Origin: an uncultured Gammaproteobacteria bacterium
GTDB lineage: Bacteria > Patescibacteriota > Microgenomatia > Levybacterales > GWA1-39-11
Direction: 5' to 3'
Length of the DNA stretch: 64,000 nt
NCBI GenBank assembly: GCA_964450885.1
Contig: CAYVFE010000001.1
Span: 502,572-566,571, forward strand
Shown here: piece by piece, positions 51,557 to 59,492 of the stretch
Layout of the letters: every line of letters starts with the position of its first letter
Position numbering within the stretch: the stretch's first letter is position 1
Made by a program: the position numbers and the translations under genes
The notes under the pieces: model-generated
What the model saw: only the letters and a program-made list of their open reading frames with translations
Database searches by the model: none
Told to the model about the DNA's origin: nothing

Positions 51557-52936
51557 ATGAAATGCAAGTTTCCCGACAATTTTGTTTTTGGAGTTGCTGA
51601 TGCAGATCTGCAGGTAATAGGTGAGGGTTTTACTCAAAAATATGAAGGATCTGAGCAAACAATGTGGGATGCTTATGCCAAAAATTCAGGTAAGGTATTT
51701 GAGAATCAAACGCCTGAGATTGGTATTGATAGATACAGCAGATGGAAGGAGGATATAGACATTATGAAGAGTATGGGCATAAAAGATTACCGTACCTCGA
51801 TTTCCATGTCGCGTACTATTCGACGAGACGGAAGTGTAAACGAGAAGTCGATAGAGTGGTATAAAACGTACTTCAAGGCATTAAACGAAGCAGGAATTTC
51901 CATTTCGGCGACCCTATATCACTGGGAGCTTCCATATTATCTCGAGGAAGATGGAGGGTGGCTTAATAAAGAAACGATTCAGTGGTTTCTCAAGCATGTA
52001 AAGGCCGTTGCAGAAAGCTTAGGAGAATATATTGATGAGTACTTTATTCTTAACGAGCCTTGGTGCAGCTCAATACTTTCTTACCATATGGGAATACATG
52101 CTCCGGGCAAGAGAAATTTATCGGAGGCGTTACAAGCGGCTCACAATCTTTTACTTGCACAAGGATTAGCATATGAAGTGCTCCGTAAAATAAATCCAAA
52201 TGCGAGGATTAGCACGGTATACAATGTATCACCATCTTATCCTGCTACGAATAATGAAGAAGATAGGAAAGCAGCAAAAAATTATGATGGATACTTTAAT
52301 CGTTGGTTTTTAGATCCGCTTTTTCTTGGTAAATATCCTCAGGACATGATAGATCTCTACAAAGATCATGTTCCCTCTTTTACAGAAGCAGATATGGAAA
52401 CTATAAATATCGGAAAAAAGCTCCATGCTTTAGGTATAAATTACTATAATGGTAGCATTGTAAAATACAGCGACGATAACGAGCTTCATTTTGAATATTC
52501 TGGTAATGAGGAGGGTGAAAAAAATGACCTAAATTGGCCGATATATTTACCTCCCCATTATCCAGAAGGACTTTTTGACATCCTTGAAAGAGTTTACTCG
52601 TTGTACAAAGATTTTGGACTCAAAAGAATATACGTTACAGAAAACGGTATCGCTCTGAATACCCCCTGGGATGGTAAGACGGAAATTGTTGACGACGAAA
52701 AGCGAATTTGGTTTTTGAAAGGACATATACTACAAGTCTATAAAGCAATTGAAAAAAAAATACCAGTTGAGAAATATTTTGAATGGACATTGATGGACAA
52801 TTATGAGTGGGCGGAAGGTTATCGGCCCCAATCTTGCTTCGGACTCATACATGTTGAAAGACCCTCGCTGCAAAGGATTTGGAAGAAAAGTGCGTATTGG
52901 TATAAGAACCTAATAAGCACTAACACGCTTGAGTAG
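51557..52936 (+). CDS. Glycoside hydrolase family 1 (beta-glucosidase-like)
   Basis: TLYHWELP, LNEP acid/base, GINYY, VTENG nucleophile, WTLMDNYEWAEG. Confidence 0.93.
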   Translation: MKCKFPDNFVFGVADADLQVIGEGFTQKYEGSEQTMWDAYAKNSGKVFENQTPEIGIDRYSRWKEDIDIMKSMGIKDYRTSISMSRTIRRDGSVNEKSIEWYKTYFKALNEAGISISATLYHWELPYYLEEDGGWLNKETIQWFLKHVKAVAESLGEYIDEYFILNEPWCSSILSYHMGIHAPGKRNLSEALQAAHNLLLAQGLAYEVLRKINPNARISTVYNVSPSYPATNNEEDRKAAKNYDGYFNRWFLDPLFLGKYPQDMIDLYKDHVPSFTEADMETINIGKKLHALGINYYNGSIVKYSDDNELHFEYSGNEEGEKNDLNWPIYLPPHYPEGLFDILERVYSLYKDFGLKRIYVTENGIALNTPWDGKTEIVDDEKRIWFLKGHILQVYKAIEKKIPVEKYFEWTLMDNYEWAEGYRPQSCFGLIHVERPSLQRIWKKSAYWYKNLISTNTLE

Positions 52937-53027
52937 ATTCATGTCTTAGTTCTCTCAGAATTTAGAATATTAAGGGGGGGTAGACTTCAAGCTAAATGAG
53001 AATATAAAAAGACTAAAGAGCTTGTTG

Positions 53028-53100
53028 TGAGCCGACTGGGACTCGAACCCAGAACCAAAAGCTTAAAAGGCTTTTGCTCTGCCAATTGAGCTATCGGCCC
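53028..53100 (-). tRNA. tRNA-Lys (TTT), CCA not encoded
   Basis: Reverse complement GGGCCGA/TCGGCTC acceptor, AAAGC-CTTTTAA-GCTTT anticodon arm, CTGGG-TTCGAGT-CCCAG T arm. Confidence 0.96.
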
Positions 53101-53247
53101 TACGTCGGATGCAGGATACCGCTTTCGATTCGATAAATCGAATCTTCAGCCTTTATCCTCATCCTCCTTATTTCGAAAATCAAAAGATTTTCGACAGGAA
53201 TCCTCTTCTCAAAATGCTAAATGCATTTTGTTCTAAGTGACGAGGCC
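53101..53247 (-). ncRNA. Candidate structured RNA (three hairpin arms plus closing stem) forming the 5' leader of tRNA-Lys
   Basis: Perfect inverted repeats 53127-134/53137-144, 53173-181/53186-194, 53210-217/53223-230, outer stems 53107-118/53154-164 and 53103-106/53239-242; lies between promoter and tRNA. Confidence 0.6.
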
Positions 53248-53250
53248 TTA

Positions 53251-53279
53251 ATTTTATCAAAATTAGCTCCATCGCGCAA
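53251..53279 (-). promoter_or_regulatory. Sigma70-type promoter driving leader plus tRNA-Lys
   Basis: Minus strand TTGCGC (53279-53274), 17 nt, extended -10 TGa-TAAAAT (53256-53251). Confidence 0.65.
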
Positions 53280-53351
53280 TGAACTCATTTGACAAAGGAG
53301 CTGATATCTTTAATACTGTTAGTTAGTATTAAATGAGAGGAGGTGAGTGAT

Positions 53352-54011
53352 ATGCAAAATATTAACGACACTTTAATAAACACGGTAAATAGTAGCATGG
53401 CGACAATAGTTAGCTTTGCTCCAAAATTCATCTTAGGACTCATATTTCTAGTTATCGGTGTAATAATTGCAGCTTTCCTAAAGCAGGTATTGAAGGAGTT
53501 ATTTAGATTCTTCAAGCTGGATGCGTATCTGGCAAAGTATGGTGTGCCTGAGACAAAAGAGGGTACACAATGGAGTTCTATAATTGCGGAAATCGTTAGG
53601 TGGTTTGTGATAATCGCGTTTCTGATCCCGACAGCTGATGTGTGGGGACTCGGACGCTTCGCGTCGGTTCTGGATGGACTTCTTTCGTACCTACCTAATG
53701 TATTCGTAGCAGTACTACTTCTTTTGGTAGGATTTGTAGTAGCACGACTTGTCTATGATTTGGTGCTTGCGTCAGTTCATGGCGTTTCAAAAGAATCAGC
53801 AAAGTCAGTTGCGCTAATCGCACGATATTCGGTCCTGGTATTCGTATTTTTGGTGGTATTGAATCAGCTTGGTATAGCAAGCGATTTGATAAGGATACTA
53901 TTTAGTGGAATCGTCGCGATGCTAGCTATCGCTGGAGGACTTGCCTTCGGACTTGGTGGTAAAGATGCGGCAAAAGAGACTATAGATAAGCTACGTAAAA
54001 GACTTAAGTAG
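53352..54011 (+). CDS. Conserved TM-helix repeat membrane protein (CmpX/MscS N-terminal-like)
   Basis: Two P(K/N)..A.LL.L.G..IA repeats, LNQLGIA, LAFGLGGKD; strong SD GGAGGTGA upstream of ATG 53352. Confidence 0.8.
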   Translation: MQNINDTLINTVNSSMATIVSFAPKFILGLIFLVIGVIIAAFLKQVLKELFRFFKLDAYLAKYGVPETKEGTQWSSIIAEIVRWFVIIAFLIPTADVWGLGRFASVLDGLLSYLPNVFVAVLLLLVGFVVARLVYDLVLASVHGVSKESAKSVALIARYSVLVFVFLVVLNQLGIASDLIRILFSGIVAMLAIAGGLAFGLGGKDAAKETIDKLRKRLK

Positions 54012-54016
54012 AAATC

Positions 54017-54061
54017 ACAGGAAACACGCCTCGAGGTATTTGGGGTGTGTTTTCTTGTTTT
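54017..54061 (+). terminator. Intrinsic terminator-like hairpin
   Basis: GAAACACGCCTCGA / TTTGGGGTGTGTTTT stem with G-U pairs (favouring the + strand) and T-rich tail right after the stop codon. Confidence 0.6.
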
Positions 54062-54097
54062 GAGGCTTCATTTCTTATATAATTGGTAAGCACTTAG

Positions 54098-54171
54098 GGC
54101 CCCATCGTCTAGCGGCCTAGGACGTCGGGCTTTCATCCCGAAAATCGCGGGTTCGATTCCCGCTGGGGTCA
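54098..54171 (+). tRNA. tRNA-Glu (TTC), CCA not encoded
   Basis: GGCCCCA/TGGGGTC acceptor, TCGGG-CTTTCAT-CCCGA anticodon arm, GCGGG-TTCGATT-CCCGC T arm. Confidence 0.96.
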
Positions 54172-54183
54172 CAAGAAAAATAA

Positions 54184-54625
54184 TTACTTTCTAATAAAGG
54201 ATTTTATCTTGGCTTTCAAATCAGAAAATCGCGCTTTGGCTCTAGCATCTCGCATATTATCGTTCAACTCTCTCATCATTTCTGACCGCAACCTTCCTCC
54301 TGCAGCATGATCGGGTGTTTGAATTGTACTTTTCAAAAAATCAACATCTTCAATTGATAAATTAAGTACTGGCTGGCTAGGCAATGTATCCGCATCCGGG
54401 AATTGGGAAAGCATTTCTCCCATAAGAATTCCCATTCGTGATTGATGAAACTCGCCCAATTCTTTAAAAGAACCATCTTCTCTTTTTTCCTGCAATTTCT
54501 TGCTTATATATAGGCGCGAGCGATTCTGCTAGATAAGAAAAAAGCGGTGGCCTTAATGAAATAGGATATTTTACTTCAGGGGTGGGTGATTGTTCCGGGA
54601 ACTGTGAATGCTCCGATTTTTCCAT
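54184..54625 (-). pseudogene. Hypothetical gene apparently split by a frameshift
   Basis: ATG 54625 ORF (53 aa, stop at 54464) overlaps the +1-frame ORF 54495-54184; an AT dinucleotide run and an A6 run lie near the junction. Confidence 0.45.
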
Positions 54626-54675
54626 GATGGATTAGATTCCATGTAACGCAAAGCATAACTCAAGTGAAGAAAGTT

Positions 54676-54942
54676 TTATTTTGCGTTGGCGCTAGCTTGC
54701 TCTATTTGTTCTTTCCTCTTTTTTGCGTAGATCTCATTTTTCATCTTGAGCTCTTCTTTCTTACGGATGTCCTCTGCTAGATTTTCCTCAAATTCTTTCT
54801 GACACTGTTTGTCAGAGCAGACTATCTGAGAGTGGATGAGTTTTGACTTCCCGATTCTTGTTTCTATAACCTCGACCCAGGTCTTTGCAACCTTTTCAGG
54901 TTTTTTACATCTAACGCATAGTGAAGATATTGTGCTTTTCAT
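54676..54942 (-). CDS. Small putative Zn-ribbon protein with C-terminal charged helix
   Basis: CVRC...CSDKQC; own promoter TTGCTT-17-TAGAAT at 55028-55000. Confidence 0.7.
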   Translation of the reverse strand: MKSTISSLCVRCKKPEKVAKTWVEVIETRIGKSKLIHSQIVCSDKQCQKEFEENLAEDIRKKEELKMKNEIYAKKRKEQIEQASANAK

Positions 54943-55106
54943 ATTAGGTGTGCTTCGGAGTAGTATTGGAGTTATATTACTATTTCGAATTCAATAACTA
55001 TTCTAGCACATTTTACTAAAATAAGCAATTATCGCAAAGAGAATAGGCTCAAAATTTATAGGAAAGTCAGTCTACCTATATCATAAAACTATATTACTAA
55101 TACCTA

Positions 55107-55135
55107 TTGACACTAATTATCCTATAAGATATAAT
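55107..55135 (+). promoter_or_regulatory. Perfect consensus sigma70 promoter of the processive GT2
   Basis: TTGACA (55107-55112), 17 nt, TATAAT (55130-55135). Confidence 0.85.
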
Positions 55136-55165
55136 TCCCAAGTTCCTAATCCATTTGGATTTTTT

Positions 55166-56734
55166 ATGAATAATTTATACAATACAGTCCCTCACACGGG
55201 GACACTAAATAGCGAGATACTCGTTACACCAAAAAGGTGGACAGAGTATAAGAGCGAAGTAAAGCGCACTTCTAAGAAGAAAAAGGGTATCCGATCCGTA
55301 AAGATAGTTGGCGGTAGATATTACGTTGCGAATTCAAGCTATAGAGAAAGGCTCGCAAGACTACTGGTCATAATTCCTGCACACAATGAGGAAGATACGA
55401 TAGCAGATACTCTTTCCCACATTCTCAACCAGACTCGAAGACCTGACAGGATAGTTGTTTCGGCTGATAACTGTACAGATAAGACAGCAACTGTCGTCAG
55501 AAAGATTGCTAGAAAGAATCCAATAGTAAAACTTCATATTACGAAAGATAATAAGCAGCGCAAGGTGGGAGCGCTAAATCAAGCATGGCTTTTGTATTCA
55601 AAAGGCTTTGACATAGTCGCCTGTATCGACGCAGATACAGTGATTTGGCAAGGAGTGCTGGAAGAACTTGAGGAAGAATTACTTCCGAGGACGAGATGTG
55701 CAGGCATCATGGCAAAATACACATTTGATCAGGACTGGATCCCACCTCAAATCCGTACCAGCAAAGAACCTGTTCGTGGGGCAGAAAACGAAGTAAAAAA
55801 GGTAACTAAACTACCTTGGAAGACGAGGCAATTAGTCCGTGCACAGCGCCTGGAGTTCACTTCATGGAATTTGGATCAACTACGTCGCGGCCGAACTACA
55901 TATGTTCTAGGAGGTCAGGCTACTATGTTCAGGCAAGCAGCACTGATGCTTGCAGCTACACGTAACAATGGATATGGGCCTTGGAATTCTGATACGGATG
56001 TTGAGGACATGGAGCTTACCTGGAGATTTCAAGATCTTCAGCTTGAGACGCTTATAAGCTCTACTGCTCGTGCTGATGCAGGCGCAATGTACAATCTTAA
56101 ATCACTATGGGCACAAAGACGCAAATGGGATGAGGGAATGATTCGTCTATTATTGCGTTATAAATTGAGAAATCAGACAGTTTTTCCTATCATGCAACAG
56201 CTTAAGATGGGACTTGATCTACTCGTGCGCGTGATGTTTATACTTATGCTTACGGCATCTATTGTATTGCACTCATTCGTATGGTCATGGATTTGGCTTC
56301 TTCCACCAGCTCTTGCTATTCTGATCAACCTCAAGGTGGCATCCAAAGCGCCTAGGGCAAAATTTGGAGACTATATCTTTGCTCTTTTGTATTTCCCCGC
56401 AGAGTTATATCTATGGTTCAGGTTGGCTTCATTTACAGCAAGCTGGGGAACTGCTTTGATAAAAGCACCAACCAGCACTCATGACAATTGGGCTAGGCAG
56501 GCACAGGCTGAGCGTGGAGACGGAGGAGCAAATGCCAGCGCCATAATCCTGGGTGGACTTTTGGTGCTTGTTATCGGTATGGTAGTCAGTCTCAGTCTTA
56601 TGCCTAGAAATCTAGCAGATACTGTCGTAGCATTCGGATGGGTATTTTTGAGTGTCCTTACTGTAACCCTTAGCGTAATCATGGCAGGAAAACTATTGGT
56701 AATGCTTTTGCGTGACGGAAGATATAGCGCCTAG
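55166..56734 (+). CDS. Processive membrane GT2 (PgaC/NodC/cellulose-synthase-like)
   Basis: IPAHNEE, DNCTD, KVGALN, DAD, VED, QRRKW and C-terminal TM helices. Confidence 0.88.
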   Translation: MNNLYNTVPHTGTLNSEILVTPKRWTEYKSEVKRTSKKKKGIRSVKIVGGRYYVANSSYRERLARLLVIIPAHNEEDTIADTLSHILNQTRRPDRIVVSADNCTDKTATVVRKIARKNPIVKLHITKDNKQRKVGALNQAWLLYSKGFDIVACIDADTVIWQGVLEELEEELLPRTRCAGIMAKYTFDQDWIPPQIRTSKEPVRGAENEVKKVTKLPWKTRQLVRAQRLEFTSWNLDQLRRGRTTYVLGGQATMFRQAALMLAATRNNGYGPWNSDTDVEDMELTWRFQDLQLETLISSTARADAGAMYNLKSLWAQRRKWDEGMIRLLLRYKLRNQTVFPIMQQLKMGLDLLVRVMFILMLTASIVLHSFVWSWIWLLPPALAILINLKVASKAPRAKFGDYIFALLYFPAELYLWFRLASFTASWGTALIKAPTSTHDNWARQAQAERGDGGANASAIILGGLLVLVIGMVVSLSLMPRNLADTVVAFGWVFLSVLTVTLSVIMAGKLLVMLLRDGRYSA

Positions 56735-57682
56735 CTAAAATACCCTCAGTATTTCTCTGGCCTCATCTATAGAGCTTGTTTCCATCAATTTTTCCCTTAG
56801 TTCTGACGCTCCGTCAAAACCATTCACGTAGATTTTAAAGTAGCGTTTTAATGGGGGAAAACTCTTTTCGCTTCCCCACGTTTTTTCAAATAAATCCAGG
56901 TGCTTATTTAAAAGACCGACCTTTTCGTCTCTGGAAAGATCATGGAAAGATAGCTTGCCGCTAAATGCATAAGGATCATGGAATATACCACGCCCTATCA
57001 TGATTCCGTCCAGTCCGGTTTCTTTTACCTTTAGATTTGCCTCCGAGACGTTTTCTATATCACCATTTCCGATGAGTATGGTATCGGGTGCTATCTTATT
57101 TTTTAACTCAACTACCTGGTTGACGATTTCCCAATGGGCGGGGACTTTGGACATCTCTTTTACTGTCCGAAGATGGACAGTGAGTGCTTTTATGTCTTGT
57201 TTTAAAAGATATTCTAACCAGTCCAGTTCGATTCCAGTAGTTCCCAGTCGCGTTTTGACACTTACAGGTAGACTCCCTGCGCCTTTTTTGGTCTCTTCGA
57301 TAATTTCTGCTGCAATTTCAGGTCGTCTTATGAGGCCTGCACATGAGCCCTTTTTTACTATATTACGTTCTGGGCATCCCATATTTATATCGATGCCATC
57401 AAAGCCCATATTTACGATCAGCTCGGCCGCTTTTGCAAAATAATTCGGATCAGCTCCCCATATCTGAGCAATTATAGGTTTTTCATTGCTTTCGAATCTA
57501 AGGCGTTGTGCAACTTGCTTATTTCCTGCAGAAAGGAGTCCCTGGACATTTGTGAACTCTGTAAAAAAGATGTCGGGTCGGGCGCAATCCAGAACGATTT
57601 GCCTAAACACGGTATCAGTTGCGCCTTCCATTGGCGCTAAAATAAAAATTGGCTTGTCAATTTTTTCCCAGCTAAATTTCAT
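56735..57682 (-). CDS. dus: tRNA-dihydrouridine synthase
   Basis: LAPMEG, IDINMGCP, PVSVKTRLG, VHLRT, GNGDI, MIGRG. Confidence 0.95.
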   Translation of the reverse strand: MKFSWEKIDKPIFILAPMEGATDTVFRQIVLDCARPDIFFTEFTNVQGLLSAGNKQVAQRLRFESNEKPIIAQIWGADPNYFAKAAELIVNMGFDGIDINMGCPERNIVKKGSCAGLIRRPEIAAEIIEETKKGAGSLPVSVKTRLGTTGIELDWLEYLLKQDIKALTVHLRTVKEMSKVPAHWEIVNQVVELKNKIAPDTILIGNGDIENVSEANLKVKETGLDGIMIGRGIFHDPYAFSGKLSFHDLSRDEKVGLLNKHLDLFEKTWGSEKSFPPLKRYFKIYVNGFDGASELREKLMETSSIDEAREILRVF

Positions 57683-57745
57683 CTAAGTATTATATATGAT
57701 AAGTGCTTCTTGACAAATTATTTTAAATGGTGCTACGCTCTTATT

Positions 57746-57913
57746 ATGGATAAGAGATACATGGCTGCAATACTTGTTTCAGTAGGATTCATTATCTATT
57801 TCTTCCCTCAATTTTCTGAGATCACAAAAGACAACAGAGAAATCACAGGCGCCATTTTTGCCATAGGTGGTGCTATCCTTTGGTATCTCCCCACAAACAG
57901 AAAGAAGAAATAA
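57746..57913 (+). CDS. Small two-TM membrane protein
   Basis: MDKRYMAAILVSVGFIIYFFP...GAIFAIGGAILWYL..RKKK; TTGACA-18-TACGCT ends 6 nt upstream. Confidence 0.6.
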   Translation: MDKRYMAAILVSVGFIIYFFPQFSEITKDNREITGAIFAIGGAILWYLPTNRKKK

Positions 57914-57955
57914 TCCCCATCATTTGACTTTAAATCTCTATTTAGTATTATGTAA

Positions 57956-59092
57956 ATGATGAAAAAGGTAGCCCTATTTTTGCTTTTTTTCCTGTGCTTT
58001 GTGCCGCAGGTAAGTGCTGTGTATGATCCTATAGAACGCCCTAATAATTTTTATGGGATACATATTCTTTTCCCATCTGAGCTTTCGGAAGCAGCAGCTT
58101 TGGTGAATTCCTCGCAGGGCGAGTGGGGATATGTGACAATACCTATTCAGGCTACAGACAAGGATCTTTCTAAATGGCAGGATTTTATGGATCAGTGCGC
58201 AGAAAAAAAACTTATACCGATAGTGCGTATTGCTACGGATCCATTATATAGTGATACTTCCGTGTGGAGGATCCCTACCGAGGCAGACATCATAGATTCT
58301 GCAAACTTTCTAAACTCCCTTGATTGGCCGATAGACAATAGGTATGTAATTATTTACAACGAGGTCAATCGTTTTGACGAATGGGGAGGACAGCCACCGG
58401 ATCCAGCCAGGTATGGAGAGCTCTTGTCTTTTGCCTACGATGTATTCAAAAGACGAAGTGAGGATTTTTATATCATAATGTCAGGTATGGATAATGCTTC
58501 CCCAAACGATCGGATAAAGTATATGGATAATCTTGTTTTTATCCGCGAGATGATAGATTCAAAACCAGAAATAGTAGATAAGATGGATGGATTTTCTTCG
58601 CATTCATATCCAAACCCCGGATTTTCGCAGCCACCCAGCAGCACCGCAGTGGAGGGAACAGCGACATATAAATATGAATACGATCTGATAAATGAGACGT
58701 CAAAAAAGAAAGTGCCGGCATTTATAACGGAGACAGGGTGGGTATCTGACAACCTTTCGGACGAAATCGTAGCGCAATATTATAAGACAGCATACGAAAA
58801 TATCTGGGGGGAGGATAAAGAGAGGATAGTTGCGATAACTCCATTTCTGTTGAATTCGACAGGGGGACAATTCGAGAATTTCTCATTCATAATCAATGGA
58901 GTGCATACTCAGCACTACGAAAGCAAAAAAAATCTTACCAAGACGCGCGGCGAGCCGGTTAAATCGGAGGTGAAAGGAGCGGAGGTCAAAGAGCCGGCTA
59001 AAAAGACCGAGAAGTTTTTCGCAAATAGCTTTGGTCTCAACAACAATCCGACAGAAGATTTTATAATAGAGTATATTCGTTTCTTCTTCTAA
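57956..59092 (+). CDS. Secreted clan GH-A glycoside hydrolase-like protein
   Basis: Signal peptide, YGIH, IIYNEVN acid/base, SSHSYP, FITETGW nucleophile. Confidence 0.75.
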   Translation: MMKKVALFLLFFLCFVPQVSAVYDPIERPNNFYGIHILFPSELSEAAALVNSSQGEWGYVTIPIQATDKDLSKWQDFMDQCAEKKLIPIVRIATDPLYSDTSVWRIPTEADIIDSANFLNSLDWPIDNRYVIIYNEVNRFDEWGGQPPDPARYGELLSFAYDVFKRRSEDFYIIMSGMDNASPNDRIKYMDNLVFIREMIDSKPEIVDKMDGFSSHSYPNPGFSQPPSSTAVEGTATYKYEYDLINETSKKKVPAFITETGWVSDNLSDEIVAQYYKTAYENIWGEDKERIVAITPFLLNSTGGQFENFSFIINGVHTQHYESKKNLTKTRGEPVKSEVKGAEVKEPAKKTEKFFANSFGLNNNPTEDFIIEYIRFFF

Positions 59093-59093
59093 G

Positions 59094-59492
59094 ATGTTTG
59101 GTGCAAAGAAAAAAAATAAAAAGCTTGAGTGGGAGAAAGATCTCGTGGCACAAGGTATGGTCGAGTCTTATGCTGCGACCGAGCATTTCAAGCACGTAAA
59201 GCCGGACAGGATATTTTGTTACAAGACGACTGGTTCAAAGGCTCGCGCGTATGCGCGTATCTGGGCTTTCCCGAAAATATTTCAGGATGCGCTCGATCTG
59301 GAGCCTGCATATGTCATCGAATGTATAACAGAGAAATTCGACAGATTAAAAGAGGAAGACAAGAAAAAAGTGATAATCCATGAGCTTTTACATATCCCCA
59401 AAAATTTTTCGGGAAGTCTTTTACCACATAAATACGGCAAAAAAAGGATTGACAGCGAAGTAAAAAAAATTTATAAAGCTTTGAAGGTATGA
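59094..59492 (+). CDS. Putative HEXXH metallopeptidase
   Basis: ARAYARIW, YVIE...EKFD.L, IIHELLHIP..FSGSL. Confidence 0.75.
   Translation: MFGAKKKNKKLEWEKDLVAQGMVESYAATEHFKHVKPDRIFCYKTTGSKARAYARIWAFPKIFQDALDLEPAYVIECITEKFDRLKEEDKKKVIIHELLHIPKNFSGSLLPHKYGKKRIDSEVKKIYKALKV

Noticed and set aside
49550-51560. Possible integron cassette array
   Set aside because: Genes are in mixed orientation with their own promoters; no recurring attC-like sites and no integrase in the window
53119-53152. Hammerhead-like CUGAAGA...GAAA on the minus strand in the tRNA-Lys leader
   Set aside because: The GA of CUGAAGA is part of the hairpin stem, and stems I/III with a cleavage triplet cannot be built; better read as a GAA/GAA internal loop
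53101-53247. Possible CRISPR array or tRNA intron
   Set aside because: The hairpins differ in sequence with no repeat-spacer period, and the tRNA-Lys cloverleaf is complete without this segment
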